Assembly: GCA_045640065.1 (NCBI GenBank)
Contig: JAZUEH010000119.1
Span: forward strand, 19,075 to 83,074
DNA length: 64,000 bases
Source: Bacteroidaceae bacterium
GTDB taxonomy: Bacteria; Bacteroidota; Bacteroidia; Bacteroidales; Bacteroidaceae
Direction of reading: 5' to 3'
A model generated the notes under the pieces. It was not told the origin of the DNA, ran no database searches, and saw nothing but the letters and a program-made list of their open reading frames with translations. The stretch's first letter is position 1; each line of letters opens with the position of its first letter. This document shows positions 48,215 to 60,088 of this stretch, one piece after another. The position numbers and the translations under genes were made by a program.

Positions 48215-48227
48215 TTCTGTCCGGGTT

Positions 48228-48659
48228 CTACTGCTTTGGTCTTGGAATGACTGTTATGGTCGAGGTTGTCGGCTTTGCCGATGCTCCACCTATGAGCTGA
48301 CCGTTGATATCCGGCATAGAATAACGCAATAGAGCCTCCATTGAGAATTTGTACTTTCCGGATCTTTTCGGTACCCACTTCACCTGTGGAGGAGCCAATA
48401 CAGTCTTGTCATTGTCTGCAGCAAGAGTCTTGACGGTCTCCTTGAATCCTGCATCGTTCTTCCAGGTATATTCACCCTTGTAGATACGATGACCTGGATC
48501 AATGACTTCAACCTGAAGAATCACCGTGTCACCGGGATAGATCACATCCTGAGTTGCGAATATCTTTCCATATTGTGCCGGATATGCATATTCCTCTTCT
48601 TCACAGGCAGAGAATGCCAGCATGAAAAGTGCGGCCAGCAAAAAAGTACATTTCTTCAT
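48228..48659 (-). CDS. Small lipoprotein of unknown function
   Basis: 143 aa with MKKCTFLLAALFMLAFSACEEEE lipobox. The remainder is beta-rich and I recognise no family. Confidence 0.6.
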   Translation of the reverse strand: MKKCTFLLAALFMLAFSACEEEEYAYPAQYGKIFATQDVIYPGDTVILQVEVIDPGHRIYKGEYTWKNDAGFKETVKTLAADNDKTVLAPPQVKWVPKRSGKYKFSMEALLRYSMPDINGQLIGGASAKPTTSTITVIPRPKQ

Positions 48660-48660
48660 A

Positions 48661-49383
48661 TCAGTAAGTTAAAGCTGTTTCAAGAGCGACCTCCATCATG
48701 TTGGTGAAATTCTTCTGGCGCTGTTCCACCGTCGCATACTCCTTCCTGACCAGCTGGTCTGAAACAGTACAGATGGTCAGAGCCTTTTTTCCAGCAGCCG
48801 CAGCGTTGATGTATAGACCCGCCGCTTCCATTTCAACACCTTTCACTCCGAATCTGCCCCAGCGTTCCTGACTGTTTGACTCGTCATAAAAGACATCGGC
48901 CGAATATATGTTGCCCACCTGGAAGGGGAACTGTTTCTCCCGCGCAATGCGGACTGCAGTTTCAAGCATGCCGAAATCGGCTATGGGAGCGAACTGGGCA
49001 GGGAAATCGAACTGATGGCCATAGTTGGAATCCGAACAAGCACCCTGAGCGAACAGCAGATCACCCAGATTCAGGTCTTCTGTCAATGCTCCGGCTGTTC
49101 CTATTCTGATTATCCTTTCAACATCATAGAAGTTGAACAGTTCGTATGAATAGATTCCGATTGACGGTATTCCCATGCCATGCCCCTGTACAGACACGGT
49201 TTTTCCCTTATATTTTCCAGTAAAGCCATACATGCCGCGTATCACGTTATACTGCTTCACATCGGACAGATAAGTGTCGGCAATGAACTTTGCACGCAAA
49301 GGATCACCGCACATGAGAACCGTTTTGGCTATATCACCGTATACCGCAGCATTGTGCGGAGACGGACATTGTTCCTTACTCAT
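48661..49383 (-). CDS. deoD: Purine nucleoside phosphorylase, DeoD type
   Basis: GDPLRAKFIADTYL and VSVQGHGMGIPSIGIY blocks align closely with E. coli DeoD. Confidence 0.93.
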   Translation of the reverse strand: MSKEQCPSPHNAAVYGDIAKTVLMCGDPLRAKFIADTYLSDVKQYNVIRGMYGFTGKYKGKTVSVQGHGMGIPSIGIYSYELFNFYDVERIIRIGTAGALTEDLNLGDLLFAQGACSDSNYGHQFDFPAQFAPIADFGMLETAVRIAREKQFPFQVGNIYSADVFYDESNSQERWGRFGVKGVEMEAAGLYINAAAAGKKALTICTVSDQLVRKEYATVEQRQKNFTNMMEVALETALTY

Positions 49384-49387
49384 AATC

Positions 49388-50059
49388 CTACAGTTTTTCT
49401 TCCAGGGCCGGTGAGACCAGACACCCTTCTATAAAATCAATATTCCTGACCTTCCCCTTTGGAGGAGCGACCGTTACCTTATGGTCTTCGAGCATGACCC
49501 TGCCCTCAGCATACCACTGCAATGCCTGTGGAAATATCCTATGTTCCATACGGTGTATCTGCGCCTCAAGTTCCTCAACCGTTCCCTTTACCGGAACAGC
49601 GGCCTGAAGTATCACCGGGCCGGCATCGAGTTCAAGGGTAACCAGATGTATGGAGCAACCGGTAATCCGGACTCCTGAACGGTATGCGTCATCTATGGCT
49701 GTAGCACCCTTGAAACTTGGAAGCAGAGCCGGATGCAGATTCAGGATACGACCCTGATAGGCATCAATGAACACTTCACTCAAAATTCTCATCCACCCGG
49801 CCAAAGCAATTGTATCGACCTGGTATTTCTCCAGTGCCGCAACCACAAGAGCATCATATTCGGCACGGTTCCTATGTCCCTTTGAAGGAACGATTTCAAC
49901 GGGTATGCCAAACTTTTCCGCACGGGCTATCACCCCTGCATCTTCCTTGTTTGTAAGCACCACACGGACATCGGCATCCAGACGTCCGTCACGCACAGCT
50001 TCAATGATTGCCTGTGCATTTGTTCCGTTGGCCGATGCAAGTATTGCAAGTTTTATCAT
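49388..50059 (-). CDS. purN: Phosphoribosylglycinamide formyltransferase
   Basis: KLAILASANGTNAQAI, LAGWMRIL and NLHPALLPSFKG are canonical PurN motifs. Confidence 0.92.
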   Translation of the reverse strand: MIKLAILASANGTNAQAIIEAVRDGRLDADVRVVLTNKEDAGVIARAEKFGIPVEIVPSKGHRNRAEYDALVVAALEKYQVDTIALAGWMRILSEVFIDAYQGRILNLHPALLPSFKGATAIDDAYRSGVRITGCSIHLVTLELDAGPVILQAAVPVKGTVEELEAQIHRMEHRIFPQALQWYAEGRVMLEDHKVTVAPPKGKVRNIDFIEGCLVSPALEEKL

Positions 50060-50086
50060 AACGCTTCAAAGTTAGGAATAAAAACG

Positions 50087-50113
50087 AAAAAAACCGGCCG
50101 CACAGGACCGGTT
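50087..50113 (-). terminator. Rho-independent terminator of groEL
   Basis: The minus transcript reads AACCGGTCCTGTGCGGCCGGTT followed by U7. This is an ~8-bp GC-rich stem with one bulge, 24 nt after the groEL stop (50137). Confidence 0.7.
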
Positions 50114-50136
50114 TTTATTACAGTATATCAGGATGA

Positions 50137-51786
<1,650 letters not shown>

Positions 51787-51791
51787 TTATT

Positions 51792-52064
51792 TTATTCTAC
51801 AACTGCCAGAACATCACTCTGACGCATGATAAGATATTTCTTTCCCTCAATCTCGAGTTCTGTGCCGGAATACTTGCCGTACAGCACGCTGTCACCCTTC
51901 TTGAGAATCATCTTCTCGTCCTTGGTTCCCTCACCACATGCTATTACTTCACCCTTCAGGGGTTTTTCCTTTGCCGTATCAGGAATGATGATTCCACTTG
52001 CCGTCTTCACCTCAGCTTCTGCGGGAAGAACCAGCACTCTGTCTGCCAATGGTCTGATTGTCAT
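51792..52064 (-). CDS. groS: Co-chaperonin GroES
   Basis: 90 aa beginning [12 protein letters not shown]..., located 17 nt upstream of groEL. Confidence 0.97.
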   Translation of the reverse strand: MTIRPLADRVLVLPAEAEVKTASGIIIPDTAKEKPLKGEVIACGEGTKDEKMILKKGDSVLYGKYSGTELEIEGKKYLIMRQSDVLAVVE

Positions 52065-52195
52065 GATTAAATATGTTTTTAAGTTTCAAGTTTTCTGTTT
52101 GCAGTCAGACAGAATGCCAAAAACGTGCCATTTCATGACACGCATCCAAAATGACACATCCTACTGACAGTATGTCACCATCAGGAATGACATAT

Positions 52196-52969
52196 TCAGC
52201 CAATATGTTCCTTCAGGTATGCATCAAGACCGGCAGCATCAAGACCGGTCACGAACTGTCCTCTGTGGAAGACCGAAATGCCGCCTGTCTCTTCCGATAC
52301 CACGACGGCCACCGCCTGGGACCTTTCAGAAATGCCCATGGCGGAACGGTGACGCAGTCCGAACTGCTTGGGCAGGTCAGTCCTGTCCGAAAGCGGGAGC
52401 ACACAGGCTGCAGCTTCAATACGGTCGTCCACAATAATCATGGCACCGTCATGAAGCGGAGTGTTCTTGAAGAAGATGTTCTCTATAAGACGCTGGCTCA
52501 TGCGGGCATCAATAGTCTCTCCGGTAGAAATGATATCCTGGAGCTCATCTCTGGACCCAATAACCATAAGCGCACCGACCTTCTGTGAACTCATATTGTA
52601 CGATGCCTGGACAATCGGTCCGTAACTGATGCCTTTACTCTTGCGATGATTGCGGAACAGCCAGGAAATGACCTTGTGTCCCCGGGCCGATGTTCCCAGA
52701 TTGCGGAAGAAACGGCGGATGTCATCGGCAAACAGGACAATGATCGCTATCACGCCCACATCAACCAGCTTGTCCATCACAGCTCCAAGCAGTTTCATTC
52801 TGAGCACCTGCGATACTATCACCCACACGACCAGGAAAACCAGTATGCCAAGAAACATGTTCAAAGATCCTGTCCTCCTCATTGTCCTGTAAAGATAATA
52901 CAGAATAAGGCCCACGCACAGAATGTCTATGGCGTCCATTATTCCGAATGATTCTATATATTCCTGCAT
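52196..52969 (-). CDS. cdaA: Diadenylate cyclase CdaA (c-di-AMP synthase)
   Basis: Three N-terminal TM segments followed by a DAC domain with TPLHDGAMII and GLRHRSAMG motifs. Confidence 0.92.
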   Translation of the reverse strand: MQEYIESFGIMDAIDILCVGLILYYLYRTMRRTGSLNMFLGILVFLVVWVIVSQVLRMKLLGAVMDKLVDVGVIAIIVLFADDIRRFFRNLGTSARGHKVISWLFRNHRKSKGISYGPIVQASYNMSSQKVGALMVIGSRDELQDIISTGETIDARMSQRLIENIFFKNTPLHDGAMIIVDDRIEAAACVLPLSDRTDLPKQFGLRHRSAMGISERSQAVAVVVSEETGGISVFHRGQFVTGLDAAGLDAYLKEHIG

Positions 52970-52974
52970 ATTCC

Positions 52975-53802
52975 TTATGATATATTATGGAGTTTCTCAA
53001 AAATCCTTACCGTCTCCACACCTTCCTTCACATCGTGCACACGTATCCATTCTGCACCACGTTCCAGAGCTGCCATATTCATTGCTACAGTAGCAGACAG
53101 ACACTCATCGGGAGTAATGTCCAACAGTTTCCAGGCCATTGACTTGCGCGACACACCGGCAAGGACAGGCAGCTCCAAAGTCCTGAGGCTGTCCATTCCA
53201 GCCAGTAATGTCCAGTTTTCGTCAAGTGTCTTTCCAAAGCCGAACCCGGGATCAAGAATCACCTGTTCCGCCACCTGCACGCCGCAGTCTTCAAGCATCC
53301 CGATGCATGAACGGAAAAACGACAGTTCAGCGGAAATCACGTCAGTTCCAACCGGTATGCTGTCTGCAGCGGTCAGCACATACAAGGCACCTGTTTCTGC
53401 CACAACACGATACATCTTCTCACTTCCCCCACTCACGTCATTGATCATATCCGCACCGAATTCTCCGATGCACCATTCCGCCATTTCAGGACGGAAAGTA
53501 TCCACGGAAATAAGGCATCGGCCTTTATTGACCTCTTTGACAACGGGCAGTGCCCATGCAAGACGTTCCTTTTCCATATCCGATGAAACCGGCTGGGCTC
53601 CGGGACGTGTGGAGCATGCACCTACGTCAATGGCATGGGCACCTTCGCGACAGACCTGTTCCACACGGGCAGCAAGACTGTCAGCATCCTGAACCCGTGA
53701 CCCACTGAAAAAGGAATCAGGAGTCACGTTCAATATTCCCATCACCTTTGGCATATACAGCCGCGAATTTACCAAAATTTTCAGATAATGCCCAGACGTC
53801 AT
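52975..53802 (-). CDS. folP: Dihydropteroate synthase
   Basis: VMGILNVTPDSFFSG, IDVGACSTRPG and DPGFGFGK. ATG at 53802 is preferred because the track start (53868) would overlap the divergent gene. Confidence 0.9.
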   Translation of the reverse strand: MTSGHYLKILVNSRLYMPKVMGILNVTPDSFFSGSRVQDADSLAARVEQVCREGAHAIDVGACSTRPGAQPVSSDMEKERLAWALPVVKEVNKGRCLISVDTFRPEMAEWCIGEFGADMINDVSGGSEKMYRVVAETGALYVLTAADSIPVGTDVISAELSFFRSCIGMLEDCGVQVAEQVILDPGFGFGKTLDENWTLLAGMDSLRTLELPVLAGVSRKSMAWKLLDITPDECLSATVAMNMAALERGAEWIRVHDVKEGVETVRIFEKLHNIS

Positions 53803-53856
53803 GCTTAACGTTTTCAAGAAATCAACGTCATACTGTTGTATCAACTGAAGAAAAAT

Positions 53857-54624
53857 ATGAACAGACATTTTACATCGACATTTCTTGCGGCACTTTTCAC
53901 TCTCACATTAACCAGTGCCTGTGCACAATCTGAAAAAGTCATGGACTTCAAGCCTGGATTCAACAGTCTTGTAGTGACTGGAGCAATAGAAGTCACATAT
54001 TCTGAATCAGTAACTGAAATGACAGTTAACGCTCCTGAACAATACATTGGTTTCCTTTGTTGTGAAAGCAGGAATGGTGTTTTGAACCTTTGGTTCGAAG
54101 ACTATGAAAAAAGATATCAGATATTCAAAAATGCCCATGCTGAAGTGTTACTTCCAGCCAGTAAAAATCTGGAGTCAGTAAGACTTGGCAGCGCAAGCAG
54201 GTTCAAGACCGATGTTCCGATTTCCGGGAACAATGTCGACATAACCGTTTCAGGAGCCGGTTCCTTTGAATCAAGTGCCCCCATTTCCGGCCAGAATATC
54301 AGGATCAATCTCAGTGGAGCAAGTTCAATGAAAGCCGATGTCCGGGCTGCAGAACTTGATCTTGACTGCACAGGAGCCAGCAGCATGCGCATGGATGGAA
54401 ACGCCAAGCAGATGAAGCTCAAACTTTCAGGAGCTTCCAGACTTAAAGGAGACATCGATGTGCTGAATTCCAGAGTCAACGTCTCGGGTGCCAGCAGTGC
54501 AAGTTTCTCAAGCGATGGAGGTGCTGTCAGCGGATCCGTTTCCGGTGCATCGAATCTTGATATCAGCGGGCGCTGCACGAACAACGTGAAAACCAGCGGA
54601 GCGTCATCCATCAGCATTCATTAA
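53857..54624 (+). CDS. Lipoprotein with DUF2807/GIN-type beta-helical repeats
   Basis: MNRHFTSTFLAALFTLTLTSAC lipobox, then repeated (V/L)SGASxxxxD units typical of head-GIN-domain proteins. Confidence 0.6.
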   Translation: MNRHFTSTFLAALFTLTLTSACAQSEKVMDFKPGFNSLVVTGAIEVTYSESVTEMTVNAPEQYIGFLCCESRNGVLNLWFEDYEKRYQIFKNAHAEVLLPASKNLESVRLGSASRFKTDVPISGNNVDITVSGAGSFESSAPISGQNIRINLSGASSMKADVRAAELDLDCTGASSMRMDGNAKQMKLKLSGASRLKGDIDVLNSRVNVSGASSASFSSDGGAVSGSVSGASNLDISGRCTNNVKTSGASSISIH

Positions 54625-54637
54625 TCTCATGATCTTA

Positions 54638-54670
54638 TTTGACGTATTGCTGCAAATCTTCCTATCTTTG
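54638..54670 (+). promoter_or_regulatory. Candidate promoter (-33 TTTG, -7 TATCTTTG) for the 54710 gene
   Basis: TTTG at 54638-54641, a 21-nt spacer, then an exact TAnnTTTG at 54663-54670, 40 nt upstream of the ATG. Confidence 0.45.
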
Positions 54671-54709
54671 CAGAAACACTCAGTCAATACAGTAAAATAA
54701 GACCATAAA

Positions 54710-55633
54710 ATGAGAAAAATCGCATTATTCGCATCGGCATTCATGATGATGGCCGCTGCAGGTGCCGTCAAGGCACAGACAATCAGCCCTTCAACTGAAG
54801 AAGGCAAATATCTGATCAAGGCAGGAGACGTTACAATGACCGTCAATGCCGGTGAAGGTGGCAAAGTCATCTCCTACAAGCTTGGCGACAACGAAATGCT
54901 CTCACAGCTGCGCATGCAGAATCAGTACGGAAGCACATTCTGGACAGCCCCTCAGGCCGAATGGAACTGGCCGCCTGTAACCGAATTCGACCGTGCCGCC
55001 TATGAGGCAAATCTTGAAGGCAACGTTCTGACACTCACCAGCAAACAGGCCAAGAAGCTGCCGTTCATAATTGAAAAGAAATTCATGCCTGCCAGAAACG
55101 GCAAGCTGATCCGGGTGGAATACACCATAAGGAATATGGGCGAAGAAGCCCGCAAGGTTGCCCCTTGGGAAATCTCACGAGTCATTTCCGATGAGACAGG
55201 CCTTATTTTCTTTGACGCGCCGGTAGAACAGATCGAGGCAGCCCAGGGTGAACTTATTCCGTTCAAGGGCGAAGCAGGCGCCTCATGGTACAATTTCGAG
55301 CAGACACGCGCCAACCGCAAGATCAATTCTGACGGCAAGGGATGGTTGGGATATGCTGCAAACGGCATGCTCATGATCAAGAAGTTCGCTGACATCACTC
55401 CTGCCGACCCGGCTCCAGGCGAAGCTGAAATCCAGGTCTATGTAAACGCAGGCAAGACCTACATCGAACTGGAAAGCCAGGGCGCATACAAGGAGGTGGC
55501 AGCAGGCTCATCACTGACCTGGACCGTCGACTGGTATCTTCTCTCTCTCGACCAGGCCAAGGCAGTTCCTTCCAAGGCATTGCTGAAGACCGCAGGCAAG
55601 ACCATCAGGGCATCCAAGAAGGCCAAATTCTGA
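54710..55633 (+). CDS. Secreted protein of unknown function
   Basis: 307 aa with signal peptide MRKIALFASAFMMMAAAGAVKAQ and a beta-rich body. It may be a mutarotase-like / DUF4380-type fold, which is a guess only. Confidence 0.55.
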   Translation: MRKIALFASAFMMMAAAGAVKAQTISPSTEEGKYLIKAGDVTMTVNAGEGGKVISYKLGDNEMLSQLRMQNQYGSTFWTAPQAEWNWPPVTEFDRAAYEANLEGNVLTLTSKQAKKLPFIIEKKFMPARNGKLIRVEYTIRNMGEEARKVAPWEISRVISDETGLIFFDAPVEQIEAAQGELIPFKGEAGASWYNFEQTRANRKINSDGKGWLGYAANGMLMIKKFADITPADPAPGEAEIQVYVNAGKTYIELESQGAYKEVAAGSSLTWTVDWYLLSLDQAKAVPSKALLKTAGKTIRASKKAKF

Positions 55634-55638
55634 TTTCA

Positions 55639-57303
55639 GTGCAGGAACACGCCGGACACATAGTCGACATTCCGGGACGAAGGATCTTTGACGGCAAGGT
55701 GCTGGTTGAAGACGGACGGATTGCCGATATCATAGAATGCGGTATCGGTTCAGAAACCGATGCCGCTTACATCATGCCCGGTTTCATTGATTCTCACGTC
55801 CACATAGAATCAACTCTGCTGATTCCCGAGAACTTTGCAAGAGTCGCAGTATATCAGGGAGCGGTTGCAGCCATCTGCGACCCTCACGAAATAGCCAATG
55901 TCCTGGGTGTTCCGGGTGTTGAATACATGGTTGCAAACGGGAAGAAAGTCAGATTCCATTTCCTGTTCGGCATACCATCGTGCGTGCCATGCACCACAAA
56001 TGAGACAAACGGTGCGACCATCACCAGCAAGGACATTGCCAGGCTCATCAACCGTCCCGAGTTTTATGGCCTTGGGGAAATGATGAACTTTGTGGGTATG
56101 CAGTATGGAGATCCCGAAGTGCTGGCAAAAATAAAATGTGCCACCGATGCCGGCAAACTCATTGACGGCCACGGTCCTGGAATTACCGGTGAAAAGGCCA
56201 GACTCATGTTCAGCAACGGACTCTCGTGCGACCATGAGGTTGACCGTCTGGACATTGCCCTGGAACGCACACGCATTGGAATGAAAGTACAGATCCGCGA
56301 GGGCAGCGCCGCCTGCAATCTTGACGAGCTCATGCCTCTGCTGGCCGATGATGCCAGTCGCGGTCTGACAATGTTCTGTACCGATGACAAGTATCCCGAT
56401 GAGTTCTATCACGGCTGTATCAACCAGCTGGCCTCCAGGTGTGTACGTGCCGGCTACGATCTGTGGCGGATACTTGAAACCGCATGCATGACTCCGGTCA
56501 GGCATTTCCGCACCGGCACAGGACTGCTACAGAAAGGCGATCCCGCAAATTTCATCAAGGTCCGGGACCTGACGGACTTCAAGGTTCTTGAAACCATAAT
56601 AGACGGCTACACTGTTTTTGCCGGCAGCCATTGTACTGACGACCTGCAGATTGACCATTCCGGTCCCGACCTTACTGTTCCAAACTGTTTCAAAGCGGCG
56701 GAGATATCGGAACAGGATCTTGAAGTACCTGATTCAGGCCGTAAAATCAGGATCATGGTCTCCACCGAAGGGTCTCTCTTCACCAAAGAGAAAATCATTA
56801 CGCCCAAAGTGGCAGACGGGCTCATCCGGTCCGATGTCGGACATGACGTGCTGAAGATTGCCGTTCTGAACAGATACGAGGAGAAGGCAAAACCGGCAAC
56901 AGGTTTCATAAGCGGTTTCGGTCTGAAGAGCGGGGCTCTTGCATCGACCATTGCCCATGACAGCCACAACATAGTCTGCATAGGCACATCGGACCATGAT
57001 ATGGCTATTGCCATCAATGCACTGATACGCTGCAAGGGCGGGTTATGTGTGGTCAAAGACGGACAGGCCCATGTACTGGAACTGCCAGTGGCCGGACTGA
57101 TGTCAACAGAAAGGCCGGAGAAGGTCGGAGACCGCCATGTAGAACTCAAGAACATAGCCCATGAAATAGGCTGTCAATATGCAGCACCCTTCATGACCAT
57201 GTCCTTCATGGCACTTCCTCCAATTCCCGAACTTAAGATTACCGACAAAGGTCTGTTTGATGTCGGAAAGTTCACATTCACCAGTCTTTACGTTGAAGGC
57301 TGA
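55639..57303 (+). CDS. ade: Adenine deaminase
   Basis: PGFIDSHVHIESTLL (amidohydrolase metal site), full-length ~550 aa architecture, and IAHDSHNIVCIG. A GTG start is implied, because the next ATG would delete the conserved N-terminus. Confidence 0.88.
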   Translation: MQEHAGHIVDIPGRRIFDGKVLVEDGRIADIIECGIGSETDAAYIMPGFIDSHVHIESTLLIPENFARVAVYQGAVAAICDPHEIANVLGVPGVEYMVANGKKVRFHFLFGIPSCVPCTTNETNGATITSKDIARLINRPEFYGLGEMMNFVGMQYGDPEVLAKIKCATDAGKLIDGHGPGITGEKARLMFSNGLSCDHEVDRLDIALERTRIGMKVQIREGSAACNLDELMPLLADDASRGLTMFCTDDKYPDEFYHGCINQLASRCVRAGYDLWRILETACMTPVRHFRTGTGLLQKGDPANFIKVRDLTDFKVLETIIDGYTVFAGSHCTDDLQIDHSGPDLTVPNCFKAAEISEQDLEVPDSGRKIRIMVSTEGSLFTKEKIITPKVADGLIRSDVGHDVLKIAVLNRYEEKAKPATGFISGFGLKSGALASTIAHDSHNIVCIGTSDHDMAIAINALIRCKGGLCVVKDGQAHVLELPVAGLMSTERPEKVGDRHVELKNIAHEIGCQYAAPFMTMSFMALPPIPELKITDKGLFDVGKFTFTSLYVEG

Positions 57304-58700
57304 GCTTTCGTGACTGACTCCTGACGTTCCCGCAGTTCTTTCAGAATGGCTATGCAGAACGGCAAGGCCAGCATGAAGGTGCAGGTATCAGCCACGGCAA
57401 GAGTGGCCATCAATCCCTCCATTCCCCATATCCGCGGCACAATCAGAATGGCCGGATAGAAGAATATGCCCTGCCGGCTCATTGCCAGTATGGTTGCAGG
57501 AACGGTACGTCTTATATTCTGCAGCAGCATATTGGTAGGTGTGGTCACACTGACAAAGACAAAGGCCAGACACTGCCAGCGGAGTATCCTTGCACCCATT
57601 TCTATAAGCTCCGGATCCTCACTGCGGAAGAAAGCCACAATCTGCGGGGCAAAGAGATATCCCAGAACAGACATTGCCAGGATGAGCAGGAACGTGGTCT
57701 TCATGGTGAACAGATATGCCTTGCGTACCCTGTCATACTTCCTGGCACCCCAGTTGAAGCCCACCACCGGCTGGAATCCCTGACCAAGTCCCAGGATAAG
57801 CGACATGGCACAGATCATGACTCTGGAAACGACAGCAAATGCAGCGATGGCCGATGCCTCAGCACCCGGTGCGGCATATTTGGCAGCGGCCCAGTTCACG
57901 CATATTGTGGAAAGGCTTCCAAGCGCCTGACGCATCAGTGACGGGAGGCCTCCGTATGTGATTTCCTTCATCATGTTCCATGTCGGAGTGAAATTCCGGA
58001 ACCTGATGTGTACATTGCCCTTGCGTGTGGTTCCCCAAAGCAGTATGCACCACGAGAAGACCTGACATACCAGAGTTGCCAGTGACGCTCCGCTTACCCC
58101 CAGACCGAATGTGAAAATGAAAACCGGGTCCAGAATGACGTTCAGGATACATCCGCTTGTTATGCCTATCATGGCGAACCATGCCCCACCCTGCATGCGC
58201 AGCTGGTTGTTCAGCGACATCTGCGATACCATGAACGGCATGGCCACCAGAAGCCAGCGCAGATAGTCACAGGCACTAGGGACAATATCGGTAGTGGCAC
58301 CCAGGACACGGGCCAGGCCGGGAAGGAAGACCAGTCCGATGGCAGCGATGAAAGTACCTAGTATAAGAGGAGTGAAGAATCCGGTCGATGCCATCCTTTC
58401 GGCGCCATCCGAATCTTTTGAGCCAAGAGCCCTTGAAATGTACGTACCGGCACCCGACCCGAAGAAAAAGCCTACTGCCTGTATCAGGGCCTGGAATGCG
58501 AAGGCAACGCCCACACCTGCCACCGCCTGTGTCGAGATGTTGCCCACGAAATAGGCATCGGCCATATTGTATAGGGCTGTCACCATCATGCTGATGATGG
58601 TAGGAACTGCAAAACGTACAATCAGACGCGGTACCGGAGTTGCCGTCATCAGCTCGTACTTTTCCTGCCTTTTGCTTATGTCACCCTCCAGACTGTTCAT
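57288..58700 (-). CDS. MATE-family efflux transporter
   Basis: 12-TM protein with N-terminal PVPRLIVRFAVPTIISMMV...LYNMADAYFVG, typical of MATE. ATG at 58700; the track begins at a TTG 3 codons upstream. Its 3' end overlaps ade convergently by 16 nt. Confidence 0.85.
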   Translation of the reverse strand: MNSLEGDISKRQEKYELMTATPVPRLIVRFAVPTIISMMVTALYNMADAYFVGNISTQAVAGVGVAFAFQALIQAVGFFFGSGAGTYISRALGSKDSDGAERMASTGFFTPLILGTFIAAIGLVFLPGLARVLGATTDIVPSACDYLRWLLVAMPFMVSQMSLNNQLRMQGGAWFAMIGITSGCILNVILDPVFIFTFGLGVSGASLATLVCQVFSWCILLWGTTRKGNVHIRFRNFTPTWNMMKEITYGGLPSLMRQALGSLSTICVNWAAAKYAAPGAEASAIAAFAVVSRVMICAMSLILGLGQGFQPVVGFNWGARKYDRVRKAYLFTMKTTFLLILAMSVLGYLFAPQIVAFFRSEDPELIEMGARILRWQCLAFVFVSVTTPTNMLLQNIRRTVPATILAMSRQGIFFYPAILIVPRIWGMEGLMATLAVADTCTFMLALPFCIAILKELRERQESVTKAQPST

Positions 58701-58732
58701 CAAGTGCAAATTTACATTATTTTTGCGCCAAT

Positions 58733-60076
58733 ATGGAAATACAGGACATTTATAGCAGATTTCTTGAATGCACCGGACTGACTACCGACAGCCGCAAGTG
58801 CGGTCCCGGACTCATGTTCCTTGCGCTGAAAGGAGAACGTTTTGACGGTAACGAATATGCCAAAGCCGCTCTGGAACAGGGCTGCAGATACGCTGTCATG
58901 GACAACCCCACTCTCTACGATGCCGGTGACAGCCGTATGATCCTTGTCGAGGACTCACTCAAGACGCTCCAGCAGCTGGCAGCCCATCACCGCAGGGTTC
59001 TGGGCACTCCGGTAATAGGAATAACGGGCACCAACGGCAAGACCACCACCAAGGAACTGTGCAATGCCGTCATGTCAGGCACCTTCCGTACCTTGTGCAC
59101 GGCAGGTAATCTGAACAACTCCATAGGCGTGCCGCTGACCGTTCTGGGAATGGACAGTTCGCATGAGTACGCCATAATTGAAATGGGTGCCAGCCATCCG
59201 GGCGACATTGACGAGCTTGTCCACATCAGCCAGCCCGACTGCGGACTCATCACCAATGTCGGAATGGCCCATCTGCTTGGATTCGGATCGTTCGAAGGGG
59301 TGAAGAAGACAAAAGGCGAGCTGTACGACTGGCTCCGTGCCCATGGCGGTTTCGCTTTCGTGAACAGGTCCGATGCCGACCTCACCCTGATGGCCCGTGA
59401 CCTGCCGACCGTAGGCTACGGTCAGATAACCGCACAAGGAGAACCGGATAATGACCTCCTTGTCGAAGGCCGTCTGCTGGGCTGCACACCTTACCTTGAA
59501 TTCGAATGGCGGAAGAAAGACGGTCAGTGGCACACCGTCAGAACCCATCTGATAGGTGCATACAACCTGAACAACGCACTGGCCGCCATCAGCGTGGGAC
59601 TGCATTTCGGAGTAAGCGAACAGGCCGCATCGGAAGCCGTCAGCAACTACGTTCCGTCAAACAACCGTTCTCAGCTTACCGTAACCGACCGCAACCGTCT
59701 TGTAGTTGATGCCTACAACGCCAACCCCTCAAGCATGAGGGCCGCACTTGACAACTTCAGCCTTATGGATGCACCGGACAAAGTGCTTATTCTGGGCGAC
59801 ATGCGCGAACTTGGCGAAAGCAGTGCCGCTGCTCACCGCAACATCCTGGAAATCATACTTTCCAATGACAGTTTCAGCCAGGTCTTTCTTGTCGGAAACG
59901 AGTTCGCATCGGCCTTCAGGACCATGCAGGATACAAGCTCTCTGAAACGGGTCAGCCTTTTTGAAAATGTGGAGGCACTGCAGGAGCATCTGTCCTCAAG
60001 CCCGCTGTCAGGAAAGACCATTCTGGTCAAGGGTTCAAACAGCACAAGACTTACCTCTCTGTTGCCGCTGCTGTAA
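58733..60076 (+). CDS. murF: UDP-N-acetylmuramoyl-tripeptide--D-alanyl-D-alanine ligase
   Basis: TDSRKCGPGLMFLALKGERFDGNEY, the GITGTNGKTTTKE P-loop and DAYNANPSSM. Start at MEIQDIY (58733). Confidence 0.92.
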   Translation: MEIQDIYSRFLECTGLTTDSRKCGPGLMFLALKGERFDGNEYAKAALEQGCRYAVMDNPTLYDAGDSRMILVEDSLKTLQQLAAHHRRVLGTPVIGITGTNGKTTTKELCNAVMSGTFRTLCTAGNLNNSIGVPLTVLGMDSSHEYAIIEMGASHPGDIDELVHISQPDCGLITNVGMAHLLGFGSFEGVKKTKGELYDWLRAHGGFAFVNRSDADLTLMARDLPTVGYGQITAQGEPDNDLLVEGRLLGCTPYLEFEWRKKDGQWHTVRTHLIGAYNLNNALAAISVGLHFGVSEQAASEAVSNYVPSNNRSQLTVTDRNRLVVDAYNANPSSMRAALDNFSLMDAPDKVLILGDMRELGESSAAAHRNILEIILSNDSFSQVFLVGNEFASAFRTMQDTSSLKRVSLFENVEALQEHLSSSPLSGKTILVKGSNSTRLTSLLPLL

Positions 60077-60088
60077 CAGTTCGCATCC

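Noticed and set aside
52065-52195. CIRCE / HrcA operator upstream of groES
   Set aside because: No TTAGCACTC-N9-GAGTGCTAA-like inverted repeat is present.
58718-58725. TATTTTTG (-7-box match) upstream of murF
   Set aside because: It ends only 7 nt before the murF ATG, which would imply an essentially leaderless mRNA. It may be a chance match in an AT-rich spacer, so it is not reported as a feature.
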